Notes under the pieces: generated by a model
The model's database searches: none
What the model was told of the DNA's origin: nothing
The model's input: only the letters and a program-made list of their open reading frames with translations
Position numbers and translations under genes: made by a program
Shown: positions 26,239 to 39,040 of the stretch, in pieces
Position numbering within the stretch: the stretch's first letter is position 1
How the letters are laid out: each line of letters begins with the position of its first letter
NCBI RefSeq assembly: GCF_001194135.2
Contig: NC_068993.1
Coordinates: 41,851,901-41,915,508 of the forward strand
DNA from: Octopus bimaculoides
Lineage: Eukaryota
Reading direction: 5' to 3'
Length of the DNA: 63,608 nucleotides

Positions 26239-26333
<95 letters not shown>
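26189..26333. repeat. Compound (CCT)n-(ACT)n-(AAT)n array at the 3' tail of a minus-strand SINE A
   Basis: Direct reading. It joins ggatttcaaattttggcac at 26334. Confidence 0.95.
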
Positions 26334-26460
26334 GGATTTCAAATTTTGGCACTAGGACAGCAAGTTTGGGGGAGGGGATAAATCAATTACATCGACACTA
26401 GTAGTCGAAAGGGGCTTATTTTATCAACCCGAAAAAGTTAGGAGAAAACAAAGTCAACTC
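26334..26460 (-). mobile_element. SINE family A 3' part
   Basis: atttcaaattttggcactaggacagcaag...caattacatcgac...ttattttatcaacccgaaa. Confidence 0.8.
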
Positions 26461-26828
26461 ATCTGATTTATCCCGACCTTCGAAAAAATTTTTCACGACA
26501 AATTCCGATATAACTGGATTCTTCACAATCAGAAAGGATTTTTTACTGTGTAGAAAATTGCATTTAAACATATACATTTTCCTGAAAGTTGGGAGGAAAC
26601 AAATCGGGAATGGGGACACACTAATGAAAGTACACCCTAGTCAACTGCTGGTCAAGAGTGAGAGGATTGCTGCAGCATCTATGTTGGCTCACAACTACCT
26701 CCTAGACATGTAAAACTAGCGAATGTGTGGTACAAGCTACCGAGTCATTCTTATTTACAAGTGACGGTTGCATTCAACAACATACTGGTGAACGATAAGG
26801 GACAATTCCCATATGTTCCTTTGTTTTT

Positions 26829-26947
26829 AATTCAAATTGTTTTGTCTATTATCTTTTCTGAGGTCGATAAAATAAGCACTGTGAGCTATTTTAATCGACC
26901 ATAATTTCACCTACAATACTTGGCCTTCTCCGTATATTAAAAAGAAC
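26829..26947 (+). mobile_element. SINE family A 3' part, diverged
   Basis: gaggtcgataaaataagcac...taatcgac...ggccttc. Confidence 0.6.
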
Positions 26948-27426
26948 TTCATTGTTATTTTGTTGAAAGACAAGATAATTATAATAATTCTTTCTTCATA
27001 TAAAGAAGAAAAAAAAAGTAAAATAATAATTCTAAAGAATTATTATTATCTTGTATTTCAGTTCGCCTGTGTTATTTTATTATATTTTATTATCTGTTTT
27101 CTTCCTTGCAACACAGGATTGTTATTGTCAGTTTTCTCTATTGGTCATGATTCTACAACATAGACTAAGTAATTGCGTATGTTTCTAGTTGAGCGTCTGT
27201 ACGAGTCTACGTGCAACGTCTGCATCTATGTATGTATGTTAGTGTGTATTAATCACGTGTGTGAAGTTTGTTATCCTCGTTTTATGAAGACCTGTATTTA
27301 TTCTGGGTGAATTTGTCGTTCATTTTAATTGAGTTATTTTCTCGCCTTTGGAAAAGAATTTTCTCAAGTACACAGCTTCTTTCTACAAGAAATACAACTT
27401 TCTGTTTGCAACAAGCGACATATTAT

Positions 27427-27650
<224 letters not shown>

Positions 27651-27800
27651 CTGATGTCGTTGCAGCTGCTGTTATTCTTTCTGTAGTTATGTCTGTGAGC
27701 CTTTGATATGTGCAGAGTTTTGTTTTGGTTATAGAATAATTTTAAAATCCTCGTTTGGTTATGCGTTTGCTTTCAATTTTGATATTTTTCAACGCACCTT

Positions 27801-28044
27801 GCGAACTGGCAGAATCATTACTGCGCCGGACAAAATGCTTAAGGACATTTCTTTCAGCTCTTTACGTCTTGAGCTTAAATTTCCCCGCGGTCGCCTTCTC
27901 CTTTCGTATATTTGGATACGGCACAATAACTCCCAGTTGAACTCTGGGATCGATGTAACCAACTAACTTTCTTTCACCAAATTTCAGGCCTCGTGCTTAG
28001 AACAAATAAAATTCATCTTTAGTTGTTGTTGTTGTTGTTGTTGC

Positions 28045-28081
<37 letters not shown>

Positions 28082-28082
28082 G
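27801..28082 (+). mobile_element. SINE family A copy with (GTT)n tail (28021-28082)
   Basis: gcgaactggcagaatcatta...ccggacaaaatgcttaaggacattt...ctgggatcgatgtaacc...aaatttcaggcctcgtgcttag, then (gtt)n. Confidence 0.82.
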
Positions 28083-28209
28083 AAACTGCTTCCGTTTTCA
28101 CCCCACTTCATTCTTATAATCTTCATTTTCAGTTGGTTACATAAGGATTACTTTAGTATTTCATTTAGAGATATCATATACTAAGACTGATTAAATACTA
28201 AGACTGATT

Positions 28210-28610
28210 ATATACTAAGACTTCGAATACAAGACACTTCTTTTTACAGTAGATTTTGACAGCAATATCTGGTCCATTCGCCTTAATTTCCCATTTTGTG
28301 TGGACTGGTATATCCGACGCCATTGCTGCATTCTCATTCTGTAGCAAGTGTTATTGTGTATGTACATACCACTCACTTTCCTGCTTGTATTTCACAATGC
28401 TGCTATAACTTGCAGCATATTACTGCTCCAATTCTGCCGAACGTGTAGTTGTATTCTTATTTGGCTAAGGTTGCGCTGCCAAATGCAGTATGACTCATAG
28501 ATTCTTAGCCACCTCCAAATATTCTTCAATCACTTAACGTATTTTCTTTTATCACATGCTTTTAGTGGCTTCCGGTAGGAATGCCTTTAATCCTGTGCCG
28601 CAATGAAGAA
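28210..28610 (-). mobile_element. Second, older R4/Dong-type LINE relic (CCHC-to-endonuclease region)
   Basis: Across frameshifts: GLKA.L, LAK*EY...RIGAVICCKL*QHCEI, WYVHT...QNENA...DIPVHTKWEIKANGPDIAVK. This is homologous to the same region of the 10120-10770 copy. Confidence 0.7.
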
Positions 28611-29124
28611 TAGTTAAGTGACAGCTTTGAAACCTGCGCTCTCAAACAAGTGTTGCGAATTTATTTTTGTCTACTTCCAACCTGTTCCGTATTTTTTTTG
28701 TTTCATTATTTAACCAAGCAGAAGCTTTTCATGTTATCACTTTAGTATGGCATTCTGTAGCCCTAATTTTGGCTTAGTTTTTCGGTTTTTCACATTTTCC
28801 TAATGATTGTCATTTTAGCATCTGCTTTGTATTTATTTGTTGGCTGGCTTGAAGAAAAAGAAATTTCCTTTACTTTGTTCATTTTGAGTCGCTAATTGCA
28901 TTGGTTTTCCATTATTCTTCAGCAGATATTTTCTATTGTTACAGTGAATATTTTGTAATAGTTTTTCTAATTAGAGAAGGTCCTTGCATTCATGTATTCG
29001 AAATAAATATTATCGTTCTACGTCAGCTTCTTTAGATGATATATTCTAAATGCAGTCGTTATTTTTCTTTCTTTTTCTTTTTTGTTGAGTGATGCTAATT
29101 CGTTTAATATCCAGTTAAAATATT

Positions 29125-29338
29125 GGTTTCAAATTTTGGCACAAGGCTGACGATTGTGGTTAAGAAGTTAAGTCAATTACATCAAACACAGTATCCAACT
29201 GGTTCTTATTTTACCGACACATAAAGGATAAGAAGTAAAGTTGACCACAGTAGAATTTGAAATCAGAACATAAAGACGGACGAAATTCCGCTAAGCATTT
29301 TACCCGGCATGTTAATCATTCTGCCAGCTCGTTGCTTT
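29125..29338 (-). mobile_element. SINE family A full-length copy
   Basis: tttcaaattttggcacaaggc...gaatttgaaatcagaacataaagacggacgaaat...taagcattttacccggc...ctgccagctcg. Confidence 0.88.
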
Positions 29339-29829
29339 ATATTCAATTAAAATATTACAACTATAAATTATTCCCCGGGTAGATTATCACTTTATTTCGT
29401 ACATTTGGTTCAGTTTTTATTTCTCTCAACTTTTTTTTTTCAAGCGTGTGTTGAATATTATCTGATGCATTGATTTCAAAGAATTTCAATATTTGGGTTA
29501 GGTGTATTTAATTATCTCATATTTGTTTCTTAATCTTTATGCTATTAGCCTTCTTTGGTAATTTTCCTACCCTCAAGATTGCCTTGATGTATTTTCCCAA
29601 CCAGAATTTCTTATGAATTTCTTTCGTAAATCTGTGAAATATCTACGGATATGTTTCTAGCTGTTTCTTTCTTCAGTTTATAACTTGAAGCAGTCCCAAA
29701 ACAAAAGGTGATTGATTGTACTACCATATCATTTATAAACGAGCCCAGTTGTGTTTAAAATATCAATTAAATTTGTTAGCACCAGAAAAGGCGTAAAGTG
29801 ACTGAGAAGGAGGCTGGTGTATATATTTC

Positions 29830-30200
29830 CATGTCTTTGTGTGCATCTGCCGATTTCCTTTCCATGTTATTCAAGATACGTTTAGAATATATACTTGTTG
29901 CTGATGCTATTGTACTAATAGCCAGAATTTTCAGTATCCGCTTAGAATATATCGTCAAAATTTCTTGCTAGTCTATTTATACCTTACGCAGTTATTTCTC
30001 CTATACTGCAGCAACCGCCTTTGGGGCCAGAAGAAGTGTGCTTCCCGCAAGCTGGAAAACTCTGACCTCTTCAATAATGCTTATCTTTTCCCATCATCTC
30101 TGCTACATTGCATCTTCTGCCCTTCACTTTAAAGACTTTAGTGCAATATCTATCTTCTCTAAATGTAGAATCTTCTGAAACTCCATGTCTCCCATTTTCA
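29830..30200 (-). mobile_element. Possible highly degraded RTE-like LINE relic
   Basis: IIEEVRVF..GS and KGGC motifs across frameshifts. Weak. Confidence 0.25.
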
Positions 30201-30463
30201 TTCGCCATTACTGCAAATATTGAAGAATTCAAACGTTACAATAATTGGCACAATATTATTCAAATTACTTTAACAATCCAATGATGATGTACATCTCGAA
30301 ACTGCTTCTTCTAATAGCATTATTAACAGCTACAATAATTAATAATGACTGGTGTTTATCGTGATATGAATGTCTACAAGTAGTGTTATATGCAAAACGT
30401 AGAAGACTTTATTATTTATAGATTTGGGTTTAGTCATACATTTTCAGCACAAATAAAACGTCT

Positions 30464-30685
30464 ACTGAGCTGGCAGTTATTAGAGCTTCCAAATAAATGC
30501 TTTGCGGTGTTTCTTTTTGACTCTTTACGTTCTGTGCTCAAGTCCTGTCAAGCAAGATGACCTTGAGCTTTCATCCTTCTGGAAGTTGATAAAATAAAGT
30601 ACTAGTCATACTACTGAATCGATGGTATCGACTTAACTCTCCCACTCACAACTGCTAATTTGTGCCTAAATTTGCAGCAGTGATT
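30464..30685 (+). mobile_element. SINE family A copy
   Basis: gagctggcag...aaatgctttgcggtgttt...ctttacgttctg...ctttcatccttctggaagttgataaaataaagtac...ttgtgcctaaattt. Confidence 0.82.
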
Positions 30686-32468
30686 CATGAGAACAAGTCT
30701 GACGGCCAAGGTCAGCGGAACAGAATTAACACCTGTGAATCTTTTTGTTGAATCTTCAAGTTTAGTGGGAAACAAGGAGGAAGAAAAAGGAATCCATAGG
30801 TTCCTGTTACAAAAAGTAGCCTCTCATCTGTTTACTTTTAGACCAGAGGTATGGTCCAAATACTGACAACAGAGTCAAACTGCGAAAGATCACATAGCGG
30901 TATTGAACTTCGTAACGAATTAAATGCACTGCTTGGGGACTGGTAGAGTATCTTTGTCAAGCTTTTTACACTTACCCACTGCATAATATCACTCACATGG
31001 CTTGAGTCAACTCGAAAGTGAGGGAAAGCACTTGTTCAATGTGCCGCACTGTAGAGTCAATCCGAAGTCGTACAACTACTATGCGAACTTCTTAAACACA
31101 CGGCCATATACATGCCCAAGGCCTTACTACTAGTATTTGAAGAAGTAAAGGAATTTGTGAAGGATATCGATGCATGCTCATTTTCCCTAAAATTGCTACA
31201 TGGGAATTTTATCACAGAAGTGTTTAATACAAACAATAATCTCACAATAAAGGTTTCTGAGTTCGGCATTGATGTTTACGATTACAGAATACATTCATAA
31301 TCAACATAAGAACGGTGGTAGACTCTGAGGATTAATATGACAGCTAGAGAGATGTACAAGCCATGATTCTCTGCGATACTTATTATGTAAGTCTAACATC
31401 AATATCTCCCGGAACTATGAAGGAAAGAAAATAAACAAACACAATCTTATTACCGACTTGCTTTTGAGGATATCAAATTATTAGAACAAAGATACCAAAA
31501 TATATTATTATGTTAGTGACATGCTTAAATTAAGCTGATCAGACTATTCACTGAATAGGTCTTCGTTTAGAATAATATGATAAAGTTGCCAGATTACTGA
31601 TGATAAAAGATAACACTATGGATTCATTCCAAAATGTAACATTTTCGCTCAAAGACATTAAAAAAAATATTCACCGTGTTATTGATTAATTCACTCAAAC
31701 AAAGAACGCCCTGTTCTATTCCGGACAATCAGGTTTCTTCATCTACTTTGAAAGATTGGCAAGCTGAAAAATGTTTGCATTTCAAACAATTCTCTCGATC
31801 GGTAATATGGAAAAATGAAGATGATAAAAACAGAGAGATAGAAAAAAAATTAGAAAGAAGTGAACTAGTTTATAATGGTAGGGGTTCAGGGAAGAATAGG
31901 AAATAATAGGACGAAAAGGAGTGATTTAGGTAAAAAGAAAAAGAAAAGGAAGAATAACAGATAGGTTTGGAAAAATAGGAAAGAATATAAAAGTTAAAAG
32001 AAAAAAAGACTTGTTTTCTTAATTTAGTAAATGTGCAGTAGTCTTCATAGAAGCAATATTTTCTTCTCCACTCTACATGATGTACACACATAAAAACGCT
32101 CCCACGTNNNNNNNNNNNNNNNNNNNNNNNNNNNNNNNNNNNNNNNNNNNNNNNNNNNNNNNNNNNNNNNNNNNNNNNNNNNNNNNNNNNNNNNNNNNNN
32201 NNNNNNNNNNNNNNNNNNNNNNNNNNNNNNNNNNNNNNNNNNNNNNNNNNNNNNNNNNNNNNNNNNNNNNNNNNNNNNNNNNNNNNNNNNNNNNNNNNNN
32301 NNNNNNNNNNNNNNNNNNNNNNNNNNNNNNNNNNNNNNNNNNNNNNNNNNNNNNNNNNNNNNNNNNNNNNNNNNNNNNNNNNNNNNNNNNNNNNNNNNNN
32401 NNNNNNNNNNNNNNNNNTATATATATATGTATATATATATATACATATATATACATATATACATACAC

Positions 32469-32503
<35 letters not shown>

Positions 32504-32556
32504 CATATATATATTTATTTATATATATATAACGTGGATGAGGGGAAAATAGACAA

Positions 32557-32596
<40 letters not shown>

Positions 32597-33800
32597 GCAG
32601 GCATACATGCATATTTACATACATTAACACATGTACACATACGTGCTGGGACACGACAATATATATTTAAACTAATAAAAATCTGTTTACAAAATCTTGT
32701 AAAATACAACCATCCAATTACATGTGCATTTGTTTTATGATGATTTATAAACTAATGTAGTTTTCGTTGATTGTTATTTCTATATCTCTGTCCCAGTTAT
32801 TTCTTCTGTCGATTCTTTGCACATCTTTGGAAACAATTATCTTACATATCCTTGGGATTGTTCCAAAGTATTCTATTTCTGATCTAGCTGTTCAAGGCTC
32901 ATTTTTCCTCATACGACGCAATCGAAATAATTAAATGTCAATTATGCTGAAATTTAAGCTTAATTCAATAATGAAAACTGCGTTATGTAGGCTCCTACTG
33001 CATTTTCTAATTAAGTTATCAACACTCTATCTATTATCTCATTGATTTACTTTTTCCAGTGTCATTCTTTGTCTACAATATAGTTCTTCGATTATAATGG
33101 GAAAAATATTTCTATAGTTGCATGTAATTTCCGTCTCCCTAGCAGATATATTCTGCTGCTGCTTGTGTTGTTGACCTCATATCAAAGTCTTCTGACGTTC
33201 TTAGATTCTGATCTTTAAGAGGTCACCCACCTTCCACCTTCTCTAAGTTCTTCTATGTATCCACTCGTTGGTATAAATGCAATTCTTTAAATCGCCAATC
33301 TTTTGCATAAGTTTTATTCAGATATGACATCTATAGAGCGCAGAGGTATTCAAGAACACTTGTTTAACGTTAAAACGCCTATAGTTATTTTATATGTTAG
33401 TCGGTGTCAAGGAGCGTGCAAGCACTGTAGAGAAGCGCCTAGCTGAAAAGAGAACAATGCCAAACAATTAGCTGACAATAAGGCATTGTAGGTTTCATAG
33501 ATCCTGACTGCCTGAAAATGCTGTTTTCTGATTGGTCAATTTATGATTCTTTAGCTCTCTTCCCGAACGTGGCAAGAACGATCCATAATTATTTAAAATA
33601 TACAATAGTTTTCACTGCAGAACACGCATTTCCTCTGTACACAGCTTGATAAATAGGTGTGCTTCTCTAAGAGAAATAGAGATTGACATACTCATGCAAG
33701 CTGCTAATGTTGAGAACGAGTCGAGAACATAACAACCAGAAAGCACTGTGCATCGCTTTTATATACCGCACAAAAATATATAGAAATATATACATGCTCT

Positions 33801-34022
33801 AAGGCGGAGAGCTGGCAGAATTATCAGCACCCTGGGCAGAATGCTTTGCGACATTTATTTCGTCTATCTTCGTGTTCTGAGTTCAAATTTCGCCGAGGTA
33901 CTCTTCGCTATCATCCTTTCAGGGTCGATAAAATAAGTATCAGTTGAGCGCTGAGGTCCATGTAATCGACTATCCGCTCCCCACCCAAATTTCAGGCCTT
34001 GTGTCTATCGTAGAAAGGAATA
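33801..34022 (+). mobile_element. SINE family A full-length copy (used as reference); tRNA-like A/B boxes plus Nin/Deu-like central domain
   Basis: aaggcggagagctggcagaatt (A-box-like), gagttcaaattt (B-box-like), tcatcctttcagggtcgataaaataagtatcag, and 3' ggccttgtgtctatcgtagaaagg. The Nin/Deu assignment is from memory of those consensus domains. Confidence 0.88.
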
Positions 34023-34427
34023 TATAATACATACACACCCTTTCTCAATAAACTTGACTTTTATATTAATTTTACATCACATAATATTTGAACAACATGA
34101 AATATAGTTCTATATTTAAGAGATGAGGAATTATGTACATTATATACATTATTTACATTATTTACATTTGACGGATATTTGTCCTCATCTTGTTTGTGTT
34201 AACAACAAACAAGATGAGGGCAAATATTCGTCAAATGTAAATAATGTAAATTATGTAAATAATGAATATAAAATATATTACATTATTACAGTATACGCGC
34301 GCGCGCGTGTATGCGTATGTATGTGCGTGCGTGTGTGTATATATGCATATGCATGTAGAAATATATATGTACACATTTATAAATATATCTATCTGTCTGT
34401 CTGTTTCATTCTCTCTCTTTCCTGACA

Positions 34428-34595
34428 ACCGATGCTGGTTCTCGTAACCTAGCACTTCGGCAAAAAGAGACCGATTGTGTATGTACTAGGCTTACAAAGA
34501 ATAGGTCCTGGGGTCGGTTTCTTCGACTAAAACCCTTTAAAGCTGTGCTCCAGCATAGCCGCAGTCAAATAACTGAAAGAAGTAAAAAGTAATAG
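34428..34595 (+). mobile_element. SINE family B 3' half following a TG/TA microsatellite
   Basis: acaaccgatgctgg...cttcggcaaaaagagaccgat...tactaggcttacaaagaataggtcctggggtcg...gctgtgctccagcatagccgcagtcaaataactgaaagaagtaaaa. Confidence 0.82.
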
Positions 34596-34713
34596 AGGTA
34601 CACATGCATATACAAACGCGTTTATGCGTAGTCTTATAAGAATACTTATACCGTGTAAGGTACATATTTCATCATTTTTGATAAAGAGTTAATGTTCCAC
34701 AAATACTTCGAAG

Positions 34714-34991
34714 CAGTGGTTCCCAAAGTGGGTGGTACTGCCCCCCCCTGGAGGCAGTGGAAAATTCCAGGGGGTGGGGTGATAATGGGATAGCCAAAGG
34801 GGGGCGATTGATGCAAAAACAACAAAATAATAGGTTAATTAGTTTAGGATTTATTTGTGAAATGCAGTGGCTTTGAATTTGCTTCAGAAACAGGTCTATA
34901 TTTGTGGTGGAAAGTTAGTGGCGTGGGGGCCCCTAGGAAAGTGGCCTGGGTGCCAAGGAGGCGGCAGCCCGAAAATGTTTGGGAACCACTG
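34714..34991. mobile_element. hAT (Charlie-type) MITE, 278 bp
   Basis: Perfect 14-bp TIRs cagtggttcccaaa / tttgggaaccactg. The 8-bp flanks are cttcgaag (34706-13) and ctttaaag (34992-99), a 6/8 match. Confidence 0.9.
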
Positions 34992-36094
34992 CTTTAAAGT
35001 TTTATGCGAAACCATTAGTTTTTTTATGTCTTAGTTTTTGTATGTCTTCCATAAAAGGAGATGCAACCGGATGTCAGAGTTAAAACCGTTCTTTATTGTT
35101 TGTTAGTAAGGTTGTTTGTTATTAGTCAAAGGATATCAAGGAGATCAATCTCGGTTAAGTAGCATATTTAGCATGAAGACAGGTTATTTCACCGTAAACG
35201 TTATCATGAAGTGTCTGAATGTCTCAAATTTACCAAAGTTGTATAATGTGGTTCAGGATATTCCACCGACGAAAAATTCTCGAGAAAGAATATCTTCTTG
35301 AAATGCTAGTCTGATAACATCTCAAATTTTTTTCTATCTGATCTTATTTTATCAAGTAGAAACACAAATTTCGTGATCTTTCTAGTCTTAAAAGATCTTT
35401 GTCCAAAACGATAGCCTTCTTTCTTTCATGCTAGTTGGAATAAATTCCATCACTTTAACAAGAATTGTTCTTAGAAAATCGACCAGTGTTAAACTGAAGA
35501 TAATTAATGATAACCCTTGAATTTTAAGAATATTTTTCTTATTCCATCATAAGCACGTTAATTAAAAAAAAAACGGAATAATTGTAAATTCATACTGTAT
35601 TGCTGCAAGAGAATACGATGAAATTTCAGATTTAATCCTGCATTACACGAGTCATCGAATTTAGTTCCATTTAAGCATTTATTTGGAAAACAACCATACA
35701 TCTTATATTAGAAAGATTAAATTATGATACGAACACCAGTCTTCAATTTTTTTCTCTCAAAAGGATTCTTCTTAACCTTTTTATTATTTATAGCTATATG
35801 TGCTTCGAGATCTACTATTTCAAAACATATTTAATTTTTGATAATTTAAAACTTACCACTAAAAATTGAAAATATTCCTTTCATACACAAAACACAAAAA
35901 TACAAGAACAAACTTGTATGATATTATTCAACACCAAATACAAATAGTTTAATTATATATACATTTATATTCATAATATATTAATCAATTTATATTTACT
36001 CAGCCATTTAAATAAACACATAAGAAATTAATCTATAAAACGTCATTGAAAACTGACAGGTTTCTATTGATTATTTTATTATTTATTTTGAAAT

Positions 36095-36660
36095 CATTCA
36101 TGCATCTATATATATTCATCACCCACTCATTCATGTGGGAGATCTGAGAGAAGAATACTTGGACAGCCGCTCCATAGGGTCTTGTCAAACGCAGTCATCA
36201 GCAAATGCTCTACCTGGATCCACAAGCAATACCAACAGAGGCTAAGGATATTATCGAACCATTTCCATTGAGGTCTACTCCTAGGTCACCCTTTTATTGG
36301 CCTTGCCTGTAAACTCTGTCCTGAGGCACATTGGTCCCATGCCCGCAATTTCGGATCGGAGCTATGACTGCTCAATGCGGGGAAGTAATGACTCACCTTG
36401 AAGCAATTCATTGATCTCTGAGTTACGTACCCTATCGAGGAACATAAGACCGATACTTAAAATCCTAGGTCAGCTTGCCTCGATATATATAATGAATCAG
36501 TTTCATGACATGTCAGCAAAGGAGGCTTTCCTTTTTAATTGCTGTTCTCCGACCAGCCAACTAAAGGGAAATTTATCGGCAACTTCTGGTAGACAGTACG
36601 ATGTTCATCTTGTCGGCAAACAGTAGCAAATCACAATCTTACATCATGAAAATTTCCGGG
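36095..36660 (-). mobile_element. RTE-clade LINE 3' relic with internal deletions
   Basis: DLLLFAD(K), FLDRVRNSEINELLQ.E.LLPRIEQS*LR, PRSRPQWKWFDNILSLCW; decayed (ATGA)n-like tail. Confidence 0.75.
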
Positions 36661-38249
36661 TGCATTGGATAACAAAGTTCTAGGAATACATATGAAAAAA
36701 AGAAGACAGAACCATTCTACAGCAAAACTGGATCAGCTCTATAGAATGATCACATTTCGGTCACGAGTAGTCACTACTCGACTGTTTTGGTCACTACTTT
36801 AGCTTTATACCAGTAAGTGTGAAAACGGAACGGAAGAAACCAGCTAATAAGTATCTTCCAGCATACATTTCACAATTTTAGATCACTTGCGGTGAAGAAG
36901 ATAGGTCGACATATACACCATGACGACTTTGGAGGATCAAAAATATCTCATACCCTCTCAACCAGACAGTCATACCAATACCAAAACTAAATGGGAAAAA
37001 AACTGAATTTAAATAAGTGAAAAATAAAATAACAGTAATGCTGATGAGATCAACAGTACCGTAATGTGAAATGCAGTAGGTTTTGAAAAGACAGTAATGA
37101 TATTTAATCTATATACTATGTTGACTTGTATGTCGAAAATCCTGCACATATTTCACTTATGATATTTCAACAATAATATACATGATAATATTTATTATAA
37201 CAGCCATTCATATTAGTACTGCACCTTGATAATATTATATATTCAGATATCTCATGGGGAAATATCGAGCCTATGGATATTTTACTGGGCCTATTTGCGA
37301 GACAAATCGTAAGGGGAATTGTCACTTTGAATTACGACATGCTGTAAAAGTGTACAGCTTTCATTGCATTAAGTTTTAATGACTATTCATTCGCTATTAC
37401 TGACTTTAGCTTTGTCTAACAATGACATTCTTTGTAGCATCAGAACGGCTAATTTAAACTGACATTCGAAATATTTCCATTACATTTTTAATGAATACCT
37501 CGGCTTTTGTGTAGGTTTTAGCTGAAAATGTTTCGCAAATGCCACAGAATATGTAACGTCCAATGATAAAATGATACTTCTCATTGCATACTCACTCACA
37601 CACACACACACAAAAAATGACAACTTATATAATTGTATGAACTGTGCACACATAAACGTCATACAGAAATGAAAATGAATTCATATACTACATGTGCGTG
37701 TGTTTATATATATATATATATATNNNNNNNNNNNNNNNNNNNNNNNNNNNNNNNNNNNNNNNNNNNNNNNNNNNNNNNNNNNNNNNNNNNNNNNNNNNNN
37801 NNNNNNNNNNNNNNNNNNNNNNNNNNNNNNNNNNNNNNNNNNNNNNNNNNNNNNNNNNNNNNNNNNNNNNNNNNNNNNNNNNNNNNNNNNNNNNNNNNNN
37901 NNNNNNNNNNNNNNNNNNNNNNNNNNNNNNNNNNNNNNNNNNNNNNNNNNNNNNNNNNNNNNNNNNNNNNNNNNNNNNNNNNNNNNNNNNNNNNNNNNNN
38001 NNNNNNNNNNNNNNNNNNNNNNNNNNNNNNNNNNNNNNNNNNNNNNNNNNNNNNNNNNNNNNNNNNNNNNNNNNNNNNNNNNNNNNNNNNNNNNNNNNNN
38101 NNNNNNNNNNNNNNNNNNNNNNNNNNNNNNNNNNNNNNNNNNNNNNNNNNNNNNNNNNNNNNNNNNNNNNNNNNNNNNNNNNNNNNNNNNNNNNNNNNNN
38201 NNNNNNNNNNNNNNNNNNNNNNNNNNNNNNNNNNNNNNNNNNNNNNNNN

Positions 38250-38294
<45 letters not shown>

Positions 38295-39006
38295 CATATT
38301 GTTGCGAATCTGCAAATGTGCGAATTTGTCTAATTGTCTGACTAAAGACATATGTGTGTATTTATACGATTGCGTCAGCGTCTCTGAGCGAGAATGTTTA
38401 TCTGTCGGTCTTTCTGTCTGTCTGTCTGTTTGCCTGTCAGTCTGTCCATAAATATATACATGATTATATTTGCACAAATGTATGAATATTCAGGCCTGCT
38501 ACATTCAATAAGCTTTTGAATTCTAACAAGCGGAGTAATATCTGACATCATGTATTTTGTTTAGTTATTCTTACATGCATCCTGATATGAATATATATGT
38601 TTACATAGGAATGTGTGCATGTGTACTATAGAACGGGACCATATATAGGTACGTTGCTTTTACGCTTATATAAACATTTATTTTTCAACATACAAGCAGA
38701 CACATATATACGTATATAATATCTATGTATGTACACATGTGTGATTGTACACACATACATATGTGTGTAAGTGTGTGTGAGTGTGTGTGTGTATAAAAGT
38801 GATTTTATATGAGAAACAAGCATAGAAAATTGAGTGAATAAAGGACTCCAAACATTTGTCGAGTTTAATATTTATTATAACAATAATTGACAGTTACTTC
38901 AAAAGTTCTATCGCGTCGGCCTGCGGTTTATTCAAAAGTGTTGAATTTACCAGTTTGAATAAACCGCAGAGACGCAGAAATTTTGAACTTACAGTCAATT
39001 ACATAA

Positions 39007-39040
<34 letters not shown>

